A stretch of DNA of 64,000 bases from an uncultured Alphaproteobacteria bacterium (GCA_963740775.1 CAVUFE010000007.1:183148-247147); one strand, 5' to 3'; counted from the first letter of the stretch, positions 31,341 through 42,005 are shown. Notes: a model not told the origin generated them from the letters alone. A program made the numbers and translations.

Positions 31341-32555
31341 TCAGGCCGCCATCTTCAGCGACAGGCGATCCCAAATTTCGCCAAGCGCGTCGGTCAGGTC
31401 GCGCATCATTTCCACCGTGTGTTGTGGACCCGGTGTGAAGCGCAGGCGCTCTGTGCCGCGCGGCACGGTGGGATAATTGATCGGCTGCACATAGACACCG
31501 TATTCGGCAAGCAGGATGTCACTGATCCGCTTGGCCTTGACCGGGTCGCCGACCATCAGGGGGACGATGTGCGTCTCGGTCTGCAACACGGGCAGGCCGG
31601 CGTCGGCGAGCATGGTCTTGAGCGTTGCGGCGGCATGCTGTTGCGCCTCGCGCTCCCAGCTTGACGCCTTCAAATGCCGCACGCTGGCCAGCACGCCTGC
31701 GACCAGCACCGGCGACAGGCTGGTCGTGAAGATGAACCCGGGCGCATAGCTGCGGATGACATCGATGATGACCTTGTCAGCGGTGATGTAGCCGCCCATC
31801 ACACCGAACGCCTTGCCCAGCGTGCCTTCGATGATGGTCACGCGGTCGGCAATCTCGTCACGCTCGGTGATTCCGCCGCCGCGCGCGCCATACATGCCGA
31901 CGGCATGGACTTCGTCACAATAAGTGAGCGCGTTATACTTGTCGGCCAGGTCGCAGATCGCGGCGATCGGCGCGACGTCGCCATCCATCGAATAGACGCT
32001 TTCGAAGGCGATCAGTTTGGGAGTTTCGGTGTCTTCAGCCGCCAGCAATTCCTCGAGCTGGGCGAGGTCATTGTGCCGCCACACGCGCTTTTCGCAGCCG
32101 GAATTGCGGATGCCCGCGATCATCGAAGCGTGATTGAGTTCGTCCGAAAATACCACGCATCCCGGAAGCAGCTTGGCCAGCGTTGCCAGCGTCGCTTCGT
32201 TCGACACATAGCCGCTGGTAAAGAGCAGGGCGCCTTGCTTGCCGTGCAGATCAGCCAATTCAGCTTCGAGATCGACATGGTAGTGGGTGTTGCCGCCGAT
32301 ATTGCGCGTACCGCCCGAACCGGCGCCGACATCATGCAGCGCTTCTTCCATCGCAGCGACGACCTTGGGGTGCTGGCCCATGGCCAGATAGTCGTTGGAA
32401 CACCACACGGTAATCGGCTTCGGCCCGTTATGCCCGGCAAAGCAGCGCGCATTGGGATAGGCGCCCTTGTTGCGCAGAATATCCACGAAAACGCGGTAGC
32501 GCCCTTCCTCGTGCAAGCGATCAATCGCCTGATTGAAGATACGATTATAATCCAA
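31341..32555 (-). CDS. hemA: 5-aminolevulinate synthase
   Basis: [39 protein letters not shown]; likely TTG start at 32555. Confidence 0.96.
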   Translation of the reverse strand: MDYNRIFNQAIDRLHEEGRYRVFVDILRNKGAYPNARCFAGHNGPKPITVWCSNDYLAMGQHPKVVAAMEEALHDVGAGSGGTRNIGGNTHYHVDLEAELADLHGKQGALLFTSGYVSNEATLATLAKLLPGCVVFSDELNHASMIAGIRNSGCEKRVWRHNDLAQLEELLAAEDTETPKLIAFESVYSMDGDVAPIAAICDLADKYNALTYCDEVHAVGMYGARGGGITERDEIADRVTIIEGTLGKAFGVMGGYITADKVIIDVIRSYAPGFIFTTSLSPVLVAGVLASVRHLKASSWEREAQQHAAATLKTMLADAGLPVLQTETHIVPLMVGDPVKAKRISDILLAEYGVYVQPINYPTVPRGTERLRFTPGPQHTVEMMRDLTDALGEIWDRLSLKMAA

Positions 32556-32663
32556 AACCCGCCGCTCTCGCCTCAAATCGGTGAGTGCGATTTAGGGAAT
32601 ATGGGCCGCGCAAGCCAGTGCGAACGTCTCGCAACAAGCCCAAGGCTAGAGACATCGCACCTG

Positions 32664-33455
32664 CTACAGCGTTTCGAAATGCCTAAAGTTGCGTGATGCG
32701 AACGCCGGGTGAAGGCTGTCCGGGAAACCGCCGGTGAAGACGGCAACTCCCGGAGGCGTTTCATCGGGCCAGTCCTGGCCGTCGGTCAGCGAAGCGATCC
32801 GCCGGGCAATTCCTTGCGCACCGTCCAGCCATTCGACCGGGTGCGGGGCGGCCGCAGCAAGCTCTTCGGCCAGTAACGGAAAATGGGTGCAGGCGAGCAC
32901 GATCGCATCAATCCGCGCTCCGTCAGGCCCGGCAAAGAGCGGCGCGATGGCATCCAGTACGGCAGCCGGATCAATTGCTGCCCCCCGCAACCTTGCCTCG
33001 GCAAGCTCGACCAAGGCAGCCGAGCCATGCCGCAAGACCGTACAGTCTCGCGCGAATGCCTCAGCCAACCGGTCGACATAGGGCTGGCGTACCGTCGCCT
33101 CGGTGCCCAGCACGCCGATCACCCGCGTCGTGGATGCCGAGGCGGCAGGCTTGATCGCCGGAACCGTCCCGACCACTGGCACATCGAGCGCCGAACGGAC
33201 GTGCCCGAGGGCAATGGTGGAGGCTGTGTTGCAGGCGATGACCACGAGCCGGGGCCGATACCTTTCGACCAATCGCCCGAGCAACGCCGGCACGCGTGAC
33301 GCGATCTCCGCCTCGCTCTTGGTGCCATAAGGAAAGCCGGCGGCATCGGCGGCGTAGATTACGGGCATTGCCGGTAGCGCGGCCATGGCGCGGTCGACGA
33401 CCGACAGCCCGCCCACGCCTGAATCGAAAAACAGCACCGGGCTTTCGGCTTGCAT
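32664..33455 (-). CDS. murI: Glutamate racemase
   Basis: FDSGVGGLSV, IACNTAS, LACTHFP. Confidence 0.96.
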   Translation of the reverse strand: MQAESPVLFFDSGVGGLSVVDRAMAALPAMPVIYAADAAGFPYGTKSEAEIASRVPALLGRLVERYRPRLVVIACNTASTIALGHVRSALDVPVVGTVPAIKPAASASTTRVIGVLGTEATVRQPYVDRLAEAFARDCTVLRHGSAALVELAEARLRGAAIDPAAVLDAIAPLFAGPDGARIDAIVLACTHFPLLAEELAAAAPHPVEWLDGAQGIARRIASLTDGQDWPDETPPGVAVFTGGFPDSLHPAFASRNFRHFETL

Positions 33456-33517
33456 CGCGCCGCTGTAACCTGCCCCAGCTTATTGTGAAATCGCCGCGAT
33501 GAGAATAAACGGGAAAC

Positions 33518-34129
33518 ATGCAGGGGTGGCATGACGTATTGTGGCTGGGGCCGGCGGGTGCGTTGGCAATCGGATACCTGTTGGGTTCGATCCCGTTCGG
33601 GCTGTTGCTCACCCGGCTCGCCGGCGCCGGGGATTTGCGACAACAGGGTTCAGGCAATATCGGCGCGACCAACGTGTTGCGCACGGGTCGCAAGGGCATC
33701 GCGCTGGCCACGTTGATTCTCGATGGCGGCAAGGGGGCGCTGGCCTATTTCATCGGCGAGTGGATCGGCCCCGGATTTGGCATGCATGCCGCCGCCGGTG
33801 CGTTTTTCGGGCATACTTATCCCGTCTGGTTGGGGTTCAAGGGCGGCAAGGGCGTGGCGACGATGCTTGGCATTGCGCTTGCGATGTTGTGGCCTGCGGG
33901 GTTGATCTTCGCCGCCGTCTGGCTGGCGGTGTTCGCACTGTTCCGCTGGTCTTCGCTCGCGGGCATGCTGGCGGCGGTTTCGGTGCCGGTCGCTGCTGCG
34001 TTTCTCGGCCGATTCGATGTGACGCTGCTGACGCTCGCGCTCGCGCTGGTGCTGATCTGGAAACATCGCGACAATATCGACCGGCTGTTGTCGGGACAGG
34101 AGCCACGCTTCGGCCGCAGCGCCGCGTGA
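33518..34129 (+). CDS. plsY: Glycerol-3-phosphate acyltransferase
   Basis: YLLGSIPFG, GSGNIGATNVLR, FKGGKGVAT, KHRDNI. Confidence 0.96.
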   Translation: MQGWHDVLWLGPAGALAIGYLLGSIPFGLLLTRLAGAGDLRQQGSGNIGATNVLRTGRKGIALATLILDGGKGALAYFIGEWIGPGFGMHAAAGAFFGHTYPVWLGFKGGKGVATMLGIALAMLWPAGLIFAAVWLAVFALFRWSSLAGMLAAVSVPVAAAFLGRFDVTLLTLALALVLIWKHRDNIDRLLSGQEPRFGRSAA

Positions 34130-35205
34130 CACCCGGCCAGTTGGCGACGCTGCGGCTCATCCGCTCCGAACGCGTCGGCCCAATCACATTTCGCCAGTTG
34201 ATCGCGCGTTTCGGCACCGCGACCGAGGCGCTCGCGGCACTGCCCGATCTCGCGCGGCGCGGTGGTGGGGCGACACCACGAATTTGCGGCGAGGCCGAGG
34301 TTGCACGGGAGGCCGCCGCGGTCGAACGGGCTGGCGCACGCTATGTCATGATCGGCGACAGCGATTACCCGCCACTGCTCGCCGAACTCGACAATGCGCC
34401 CGTCACGATGACGGTGCGCGGGGATGCTGCGCTGCTCGCCCGGCCGACGGTCGCGATCGTCGGCGCGCGCAACGCCAGTGCTGCCGCGTGTCGCTTCGCC
34501 CGCGAACTGGCGCACGGCTTAGCCGAACAGGGCTGTACCGTCGTGTCAGGCCTGGCACGGGGCATCGACACGGCGGCGCATCAGGGAGCGCTGCGTGGTG
34601 GAACGGTCGGGGTCATCGCCAGCGGCATCGATATTGCCTTCCCCCGCGAAAACACAGAGTTGCAGGAAGCGGTGGCGACCGAAGGACTGCTGATCGCCGA
34701 ACAGCCGCCGGGGACGGAGCCACTGGCGCGTCATTTTCCCTATCGCAATCGCATCATCGCCGGCGTGGCGGCGGGTACGGTGGTGGTCGAGGCCGCGCCC
34801 CGATCGGGCTCGCTGATCACCGCGCGGCTGGCAACCGAGGCGGGTCGCGAAGTCATGGCCGTGCCCGGCAGCCCGCTCGATCCGCGCGCGCAGGGGTGCA
34901 ACCTGCTGATCCGCGAAGGCGCCACTCTGGTGCAGAATGCCGATGACGTCATGGAGGCAGTCAGCGGCATGTTCGGTCAGGTTCGCAGCGACAGAGCGAA
35001 CTACCAGCCCGCACCCATCGCCGCCGAGGTTGACGATCACGCGCTCTCGACCATCCGGAGTCTGCTCTCTCACAGCGCTGTCGCGATCGACGAACTGGTG
35101 CGCCAGAGCGGCCTGCATTCACCGATCGTGGCTGCCGCATTGCTGGACCTGGAACTCGCCGGCGTCGCGGTGCGTCACGCCGGTAGCCGCATCGCCCTGC
35201 GCTAG
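34126..35205 (+). CDS. dprA: DNA-processing protein DprA
   Basis: VAIVGARNAS, VVSGLARGIDTAAH, FPYRNRII, VEAAPRSGSLITA; GTG overlaps the plsY stop. Confidence 0.96.
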   Translation: MTPGQLATLRLIRSERVGPITFRQLIARFGTATEALAALPDLARRGGGATPRICGEAEVAREAAAVERAGARYVMIGDSDYPPLLAELDNAPVTMTVRGDAALLARPTVAIVGARNASAAACRFARELAHGLAEQGCTVVSGLARGIDTAAHQGALRGGTVGVIASGIDIAFPRENTELQEAVATEGLLIAEQPPGTEPLARHFPYRNRIIAGVAAGTVVVEAAPRSGSLITARLATEAGREVMAVPGSPLDPRAQGCNLLIREGATLVQNADDVMEAVSGMFGQVRSDRANYQPAPIAAEVDDHALSTIRSLLSHSAVAIDELVRQSGLHSPIVAAALLDLELAGVAVRHAGSRIALR

Positions 35206-36161
35206 GGGTGCCAGCGGCTCTCCCGGATCCAGCGGCTCGCCAGATACTTCGTGCCGCGCTTCACCGGCAGTCCGGCGTGTTCGGAGAGCGGATCGACCGA
35301 GCGATCGGGCTTCGAATTGGCGAAGACCAGCGCATCGCCCTTGCGACCCTTGACCTTCAATCCGGTCTTCACGAACGCGGTCTCGCCACCGTCGTAATCG
35401 TGGTTGAGATAGACGAGCGCCGTCAGTCGGCGCTGATTTTCGGCGGCTCGGACGAAATCGAAATGCGGCTTATACTGCTGCCCGGGTCGATAACGCAGGA
35501 TCTGCAGCGCCTCACCATGCTCCGCCGCGCTGCCGCTGGCGACTGCCAGACGTCGGTTCAAAGCGTGCACCACTGGATCCTCGATCAGCCAGTGAAGGGC
35601 AGCTCCATCCGACCCACGCATCGGATCGCGCACCAGTTGCCGCTGCGCATTATAGACGGTCGACGGCTGGTAATGGGCCTCCGCAGCGGCGCGTAAGTAG
35701 TCACATTCGGCTGCGGTGAAGAGGCGCGGAAAAAGCGTCACATGGGGTGCCGTCGATCGCACGTCGCCTTCGGGCGTGACGAGAGGGTTGCCGGCATCGT
35801 CGAGCTTCATGCGCCCGATCAGGTCGCATAGCTTGCGCCGTGCGGGGTCAGTGCGAGCCTCGGACTCCAGCCGGGCGAGCGCCTTTACCCAGTCGCGCGG
35901 CCCCGCCACGCCGTTGGCCCCCAGATTGGTCGCGTAGAGTGCCGCCTCACGATTGCCGGCATCGCCGGCACGCTCGAAGAGCGCTCGGCCGCCTGCGGGA
36001 TCCTGGGGGAGCACGCCCGACCATTTCCAGTCGGCAAGGATGAACATGGCGTCAGCATCGCCCGCCGCGACCCGCCGCTGCACGATCAACGCGCCTTCGG
36101 GAACGCGTCCGGCGTCGGCCAGCGCCAGCGCCTGCTGCAGTTCGGGGGAGAAGCGACGCAC
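35202..36161 (-). CDS. Prolyl-4-hydroxylase-type 2OG-Fe(II) oxygenase with N-terminal Sel1-like helices
   Basis: FTAAEC, GEALQILRYRPGQQYKPHFD (HxD), YLNHDYDGGETAF, SEHAGLPV..GTKY. Confidence 0.85.
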   Translation of the reverse strand: MRRFSPELQQALALADAGRVPEGALIVQRRVAAGDADAMFILADWKWSGVLPQDPAGGRALFERAGDAGNREAALYATNLGANGVAGPRDWVKALARLESEARTDPARRKLCDLIGRMKLDDAGNPLVTPEGDVRSTAPHVTLFPRLFTAAECDYLRAAAEAHYQPSTVYNAQRQLVRDPMRGSDGAALHWLIEDPVVHALNRRLAVASGSAAEHGEALQILRYRPGQQYKPHFDFVRAAENQRRLTALVYLNHDYDGGETAFVKTGLKVKGRKGDALVFANSKPDRSVDPLSEHAGLPVKRGTKYLASRWIRESRWHP

Positions 36162-36241
36162 GCCGCTGCTATGCCCCGCTTGACGCGGCTCCGAAAGCCC
36201 CGCCACCCTCGCGCGTACACGTAAGGACAGAATTTCGCCCC

Positions 36242-38776
36242 ATGCAGCTCGTCGTCGTCGAATCCCCCGCCAAGGCCAAGACCATCGAAGGTTATCTCGG
36301 CAAGGACTACCGCGTCCTCGCCTCTTATGGCCACGTCCGTGACCTGCCGCCCAAGGACGGGTCGGTCCAACCCGACGATGGCTTTGCGATGGATTGGGAA
36401 ACCTATCCCGACAAGGCCAAGCAGCTGAAGGCGATAACCGATCTGGCTAAAACTGCCGATCGCCTGATCCTCGCGACTGACCCGGATCGCGAGGGCGAGG
36501 CGATCTCGTGGCACGTCCGCGAAGTGCTGGCGAAGAAGAAGGCGCTGCCCAAGGAGGTCGAGCGTGTCACCTTCAACGCGATCACCAAGGCGTCGATCCT
36601 TGAGGCGATGCAGCATCCGCGTGAGCTCGATGAGGATTTGATCGACGCTTACCGCGCACGGCGGGCTTTGGACTATCTGGTTGGTTTCACCTTGTCGCCG
36701 GTACTTTGGCGCAAACTGCCCGGCGCACGTTCGGCGGGGCGGGTGCAGTCGGTCGCGCTGCGCCTGATCGTCGACAGAGAACGCGAGATCGAGGCGTTCA
36801 GGGCGCAGGAATACTGGTCCGTCACGGCGACGCTGGAGCAGGATGGCACCGCCTTCGACGCGCGCCTTGTCCGCTGGAAAGGCGACAAGATCGAGCGCCT
36901 GACCATTGGCGCGGCGGGTGATGCCGAGGCGGCCAAGGCGGCGGTCGAGGCGGGGCGTTTTGCCGTGACCGACGTCGAGACGAAACCGCTGAGCCGTAAT
37001 CCGCCCGCGCCGTTCACCACCTCCACCCTGCAACAGGAGGCGGCGCGCAAGCTCGGCTTCTCCGCGACGCACACCATGCGGCTGGCGCAGGGTCTCTACG
37101 AAGACGGCGCGATCACGTACATGCGCACCGACGGCGTGCAGATGGACGGTAGCGCGATTTCGGCAGCGCGCGGCGCAATCGCCAAGCGTTACGACGCGAG
37201 TTACGTCCCCGACAAGCCACGCCAGTACACCTCCAAGGCGAAAAATGCGCAGGAGGCACATGAAGCGATCCGTCCAACCGACTTTGGCAAGGATCGTGCA
37301 GGCTCCGGCGACCATGCCCGGCTTTACGAACTGATCTGGAAGCGCGCGATGGCGAGCCAGATGCAGTCCGCACGGCTGGAGCGGACGACGGTCACTCTGG
37401 AAGACGGAAGCGGTCAAACCGCGCTTCGCGCTACAGGGCAGGTCGTCCTCTTCCCCGGTTATCTCGCGCTTTACGAGGAAGGGCGCGATGATACCGCCGA
37501 AGAGGACGCTCGCCTGCCGCGCCTCGGCAAGGGTGATGCGCCGGCGAAGAAAGACGTCCGCGCCGAGCAGCACTTTACGCAGCCGCCGCCCCGTTATTCC
37601 GAAGCCAGTTTGGTCAAGCGGATGGAGGAGTTGGGTATCGGCCGTCCATCGACCTACGCTGCGACTCTGCAAACGCTCAAGGACCGCGATTACGTCAAGC
37701 TCGACAAGAACCGGTTCTCGCCAAGTGAGAGCGGGCGGCTGGTCACCGCGTTCCTCGAGCGGTTTTTCGAACGCTACGTGAACTTCGATTATACTGCAGG
37801 GCTCGAAGACAGCCTGGACGACGTGTCGGGGGGGCGCATGGAATGGCGCACGTTGCTCGAGGCATTCTGGAAGGATTTCAAGCCCAAGACGGCGGAGGTG
37901 ATGGAGGCCAAGCCATCCGAAGTCACCGCCGCTCTGGACGAATTCCTGTCACCCTATCTCTTTCCCGAGCGTGCGGATGGCGGCGATCCGCGGCTGTGTC
38001 CCAATTGTGGGAACGGTCGCCTCAGCTTGCGCGGCGGCAAGTTCGGCGCATTCGTCGCCTGTTCCAACTATCCCGACTGCAAATACACCCGCCAGTTCGG
38101 CCAGCCGGGCAACGACAATGCCGTCGCCGAGGACGCCGTGCTCGGCGAAGATCCGGCCACCGGACTTCCAGTCGAGAGCAAGTCGGGGCGGTTTGGGCCT
38201 TACGTTCAACTGGGCGAGGGCAAGGATGCCAAGCGCGCGTCGATCCCCAAGGATGCCGGGCCGCTCGATCTCGAACTGGCACTCAAGCTGCTGTCTCTGC
38301 CACGCGAAGTGGGCACGCATCCCGAAAGCGGTCTGCCGATTACCGCGTCGATCGGGCGTTACGGGCCATACCTGCTGCACGATGGCAAATATGCTCGTCT
38401 GACTTCGACCGCCGAGGTGTTCGAGACAGGCATGAACGCGGCGGTGGTGAAGATCGCCGAAGCCGCCGCCAACGGCGGCCGGCCTGCACGGGGATCACGT
38501 GAGCCGCTCAAGGCGCTCGGCAAGCATCCGCGGACCGAGGCTGAGGTGAAGGTGATGGAGGGCCGCTTTGGTCCCTACGTCACTGACGGCGAAACGAATG
38601 CAACGCTGCCGAAATCGATCGAGCCGACCGCGCTGACGCTGGAGGAAGCGGTGCAGCTCCTTGATGCCCGGGCGGCAATGGGGCCGCCGAAGAAGAAGGG
38701 CCGCAAGGCGCCGGCGAAGAAAGCGGCGGCAAAAAAGCCGGCGGCGAAAAAGAAGCCTGCGGCAAAAAAGGCCTGA
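36242..38776 (+). CDS. topA: DNA topoisomerase I
   Basis: VVVESPAKAKTI, ATDPDREGEAI, SAGRVQS, ITYMRTD, Zn ribbon, PAKK tail. Confidence 0.98.
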   Translation: MQLVVVESPAKAKTIEGYLGKDYRVLASYGHVRDLPPKDGSVQPDDGFAMDWETYPDKAKQLKAITDLAKTADRLILATDPDREGEAISWHVREVLAKKKALPKEVERVTFNAITKASILEAMQHPRELDEDLIDAYRARRALDYLVGFTLSPVLWRKLPGARSAGRVQSVALRLIVDREREIEAFRAQEYWSVTATLEQDGTAFDARLVRWKGDKIERLTIGAAGDAEAAKAAVEAGRFAVTDVETKPLSRNPPAPFTTSTLQQEAARKLGFSATHTMRLAQGLYEDGAITYMRTDGVQMDGSAISAARGAIAKRYDASYVPDKPRQYTSKAKNAQEAHEAIRPTDFGKDRAGSGDHARLYELIWKRAMASQMQSARLERTTVTLEDGSGQTALRATGQVVLFPGYLALYEEGRDDTAEEDARLPRLGKGDAPAKKDVRAEQHFTQPPPRYSEASLVKRMEELGIGRPSTYAATLQTLKDRDYVKLDKNRFSPSESGRLVTAFLERFFERYVNFDYTAGLEDSLDDVSGGRMEWRTLLEAFWKDFKPKTAEVMEAKPSEVTAALDEFLSPYLFPERADGGDPRLCPNCGNGRLSLRGGKFGAFVACSNYPDCKYTRQFGQPGNDNAVAEDAVLGEDPATGLPVESKSGRFGPYVQLGEGKDAKRASIPKDAGPLDLELALKLLSLPREVGTHPESGLPITASIGRYGPYLLHDGKYARLTSTAEVFETGMNAAVVKIAEAAANGGRPARGSREPLKALGKHPRTEAEVKVMEGRFGPYVTDGETNATLPKSIEPTALTLEEAVQLLDARAAMGPPKKKGRKAPAKKAAAKKPAAKKKPAAKKA

Positions 38777-38777
38777 C

Positions 38778-38802
38778 GGAACGAACCCGCGCGATCCGCG
38801 TC
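38778..38802 (+). promoter_or_regulatory. Candidate EcfG (SigT/RpoE2-type) promoter of xth
   Basis: GGAAC-N16-CGTC against consensus GGAAC-N16/17-CGTT; ATG 8 nt downstream. Confidence 0.55.
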
Positions 38803-38810
38803 CCCAGTGA

Positions 38811-39584
38811 ATGCGGATCGCAACCTACAATGTGAACGGCGTCAACGGGCGGTTGCCCGTGCTCCTGCGCTGGCTGGAGGAAGAACGGCCACACATCGTC
38901 TGCCTGCAGGAACTGAAAGCGCCCAACGAGAAATTTCCCGAGGAGGCGATCAAGGACGCGGGTTATGAAGCGGTCTGGCACGGCCAGAAAAGCTGGAACG
39001 GGGTCGCCATTCTCAGCCGGATCGGCAAGCCGCAGGAAACGCGGCGCGGGCTGCCCGGCGACCCTGACGACACGCACAGCCGCTATATCGAGGCGGCGGT
39101 CGGAGGGATCATCATCGGGGGGTTGTACCTGCCCAACGGAAATCCACGGCCCGGACCCAAGTTCGATTACAAGCTGCGGTGGTTCGAACGATTTGCCGAA
39201 CATGCCCAAGGTCTGCTCGACACCAAGCTGCCGGTGATCCTGGCCGGCGATTACAACGTGATGCCGACCGAGCTTGACGTGTACAAACCTGAACGCTGGA
39301 CCGACGATGCGCTGTTCGCGCCCGAAGTGCGAGGAGCCTATGCAGACCTCGTGGCGCAGGGTTGGACCGACGCGGTGCGACAGCTTCACCCGGACGCAGT
39401 CATCTACACCTTCTTCGACTATTTCCGGAATGCCTATGCGAGGAATGCGGGTTTGCGGATCGATCATCTGCTGCTCAGCCCGGCAATCGCGCCGCGGCTT
39501 GTCAGCGCTGGCACCGACCATCATGTTCGTGGCTGGGAAAAGACCAGCGATCATGTGCCCACATGGATCGAAATGAAGGATTAG
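38811..39584 (+). CDS. xth: Exodeoxyribonuclease III
   Basis: ATYNVN, CLQELK, YLPNG, GDYN, LRIDH, SDHVP. Confidence 0.95.
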   Translation: MRIATYNVNGVNGRLPVLLRWLEEERPHIVCLQELKAPNEKFPEEAIKDAGYEAVWHGQKSWNGVAILSRIGKPQETRRGLPGDPDDTHSRYIEAAVGGIIIGGLYLPNGNPRPGPKFDYKLRWFERFAEHAQGLLDTKLPVILAGDYNVMPTELDVYKPERWTDDALFAPEVRGAYADLVAQGWTDAVRQLHPDAVIYTFFDYFRNAYARNAGLRIDHLLLSPAIAPRLVSAGTDHHVRGWEKTSDHVPTWIEMKD

Positions 39585-39587
39585 GGG

Positions 39588-40502
39588 ATGCGCGAAGGCA
39601 AGGCCAAGGTCGGGAACCTCGAACTGCATTATGAGGACCATGGTCGTGAGGACGATCCCGCCATCCTTCTGATCATGGGGCTGGGCGCGCAGTTGATCTG
39701 GTGGCCCGACGCGCTCGTCGAGGCGCTGGTCGACAAGGGCTTTCGCGTCATTCGCCACGACAATCGCGATATCGGGCTGTCGACCAAGCTGACGCAGCAC
39801 GCGCCGCCGGGGGCACGGGCGCTGATGGCGACGGCGTTTCTCGGGCGGCCGCTGGCGACCCCTTACCGACTGGACGCACTGGCAGCGGATGCCATCGGCG
39901 TGCTCGACCATCTCGGCGTGGCGCAGGCGCATATCGTCGGCGCGTCGATGGGCGGAATGATCGCCCAACTGGTTGCCGCCGATTATCAGGACCGTGTGTT
40001 GAGCCTGACTTCGATCATGTCGACCAGCGGACGCCGCGAATTGAAAAAGCCGGCCTTCGGGCTGCAATTACAGATGCTGAAACGTCGCGACCCGAATGCG
40101 CCGCGGGAGGCCAAGATCGACGCGGTTATGCAGACGTTGAACCTGATCGGTTCGCCCAACCCCGATGCTTCGGTGACAGCGTCGCGCGCGGCGCTGGCCG
40201 AACGCGCGGTCGATCGCAGTTTCTACCCTGACGGAGCGCGCCGCCAGCTGGGGGCGATCATTGCTTCTGGTGATCGCGCGTCCGCACTTGCCCGCATCAA
40301 GGCGCCGACGCTGGTCATGCATGGCGCTTCCGATCGGCTCGTTCCGCCCGATGGCGGCGAGGACACTGCCCGCCTGGTCCCGGGCGCGCGTCTGGAGATC
40401 ATTCCCGGCATGGGGCACGACCTGCCGGGGCCGCTCATTCCGCGCATTGCCGATTTGATCGTCCGGCACGCCAGCGCCGCCGCGACAGGGCAGGCAGCCT
40501 AG
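39588..40502 (+). CDS. Alpha/beta hydrolase (esterase-like)
   Basis: LIMGLGAQL, DNRDIG, GASMGG, GMGHDLP. Confidence 0.88.
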   Translation: MREGKAKVGNLELHYEDHGREDDPAILLIMGLGAQLIWWPDALVEALVDKGFRVIRHDNRDIGLSTKLTQHAPPGARALMATAFLGRPLATPYRLDALAADAIGVLDHLGVAQAHIVGASMGGMIAQLVAADYQDRVLSLTSIMSTSGRRELKKPAFGLQLQMLKRRDPNAPREAKIDAVMQTLNLIGSPNPDASVTASRAALAERAVDRSFYPDGARRQLGAIIASGDRASALARIKAPTLVMHGASDRLVPPDGGEDTARLVPGARLEIIPGMGHDLPGPLIPRIADLIVRHASAAATGQAA

Positions 40503-41953
40503 TCCCGCCAGCTTGCCCCGTCGCGCTCGATCATGCCCTGCGCGGCGCCCGGACCCCATGTGCCCGACGAATAGGGCTTGGCCGGCAGACCGGCTGCTTC
40601 CCAAGCGCGGTGGATCGAATCGATCCATACCCATGCCGCCTCGATCTCGTCACGCCGCACGAACAGCGTGTTGTCACCTTCGATCAGGTCGAGCAGCAAC
40701 CGCTCATACGCCACGCGGCGCCGCGACTTGTCGAATTCTGCAGCCAAGCTGACGTCGAGAGACACCTCGTCGAGCTCGATCCCGCCGCGGTCTAGACCGG
40801 GCTGCTTGACCATCATCGCGATGCGAATGCTCTCGTCCGGTTGAAGCCCGACGACCATGGTGTTGGGCAGCAACGAACCACGCTTGGGGGTAAATATCGA
40901 ATGCGGCACGGGGCGGAACTGAATCGCGATTTCCGAATGCTTGGCGGGCATCCGCTTGCCGGTGCGCAGGTAGAATGGCACACCCTGCCAGCGCCAATTG
41001 TCGATGAATGCCTTCACCGCGACAAAAGTCTCGGTGTTCGACGATTTGCCGAGTTCTTCGGCATAACTCTTGACCGGCTGTCCATCGATCGCGCCCGAGC
41101 CATATTGGCCCTTCACGCTGTTGCTGGCAGCGGTCGAGGCATCGAGCGGACGAAGCGCCCGCAACACCTTGACCTTCTCATCTCGAACCGATGTCGCGTC
41201 GTAGCGCGCGGGCGGTTCCATCGCAACCAGGGCGAGCAACTGCAACAGGTGATTTTGAACCATATCGGCTAATGCGCCGACATTGTCATAATAGGAAACG
41301 CGACCTTCCAGACCAACCGTTTCCGCGACGGTGATCTGGACATGCTCGATATGCCGCGAGTTCCACACCGGCTCGAACAGCGCGTTACCGAAACGCATGA
41401 CGATCAGGTTCTGGACGGTTTCCTTGCCCAGATAGTGATCGACACGGAACACTTGCTCTTCGGGGAAGGCATGGCCGACCGCCGCATTCACCTCTCGGCT
41501 GGACACCAGATCGTGCCCGATCGGTTTTTCCATCGCAATCCGCGTATGCGGCCCTGTCAGTCCGGCGGCCTCGAGCCCCGCCACCACTGGCGCAAAGACC
41601 GACGGCGGGGTCGATAGATAATATGAAATGCCGTCTTTCTCGGCATCGCCGATCAGCGACTTCAGGCAGGTGAATTCCTCGGGCTTGTCGGTGTCGAGCG
41701 CACAATATTCGACCGCATCGGCAAACGCGCGCGCCTTGGCCTCGTCATACAGGTCGGTAGGCTTCAGCGCCTCGATAACTTTGTCATGAAATTCTGCAGT
41801 GTCCATCGCCGTCCGACCGGAGCCGATGATGCGAAAGCCATCGGGCAGCGAACCTTCGCAACTCAGATTGTAGAGCGACGGAAACAGCATGCGCTTGGCG
41901 AGATCGCCTGTCGCGCCGAACAGAACGAAAGTTTTGGTGCGTTCAACGGTCAT
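40499..41953 (-). CDS. zwf: Glucose-6-phosphate 1-dehydrogenase
   Basis: FGATGDLAKR, EKPIG, RVDHYLGKE, DMVQNH, LRTGKR. Confidence 0.97.
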   Translation of the reverse strand: MTVERTKTFVLFGATGDLAKRMLFPSLYNLSCEGSLPDGFRIIGSGRTAMDTAEFHDKVIEALKPTDLYDEAKARAFADAVEYCALDTDKPEEFTCLKSLIGDAEKDGISYYLSTPPSVFAPVVAGLEAAGLTGPHTRIAMEKPIGHDLVSSREVNAAVGHAFPEEQVFRVDHYLGKETVQNLIVMRFGNALFEPVWNSRHIEHVQITVAETVGLEGRVSYYDNVGALADMVQNHLLQLLALVAMEPPARYDATSVRDEKVKVLRALRPLDASTAASNSVKGQYGSGAIDGQPVKSYAEELGKSSNTETFVAVKAFIDNWRWQGVPFYLRTGKRMPAKHSEIAIQFRPVPHSIFTPKRGSLLPNTMVVGLQPDESIRIAMMVKQPGLDRGGIELDEVSLDVSLAAEFDKSRRRVAYERLLLDLIEGDNTLFVRRDEIEAAWVWIDSIHRAWEAAGLPAKPYSSGTWGPGAAQGMIERDGASWRD

Positions 41954-41975
41954 TGTAACCTCGCTGGCCAGATAG

Positions 41976-42004
41976 CAAAAAAGCCCCGGTTTCCCGAGGC
42001 TTTG
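41976..42004 (-). terminator. Terminator downstream of tRNA-Val
   Basis: Minus strand AAAGCCTCGG-GAAA-CCGGGGCTTTTTT. Confidence 0.7.
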
Positions 42005-42005
42005 A

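Noticed and set aside
34126-35205. dprA plus comM as evidence of a competence system
   Set aside because: Both are widespread core genes, and no DNA-uptake machinery is in this window.
38690-38776. Repetitive sequence at the topA 3' end
   Set aside because: Encodes the ordinary PAKK/AAKK basic tail of alphaproteobacterial TopA.
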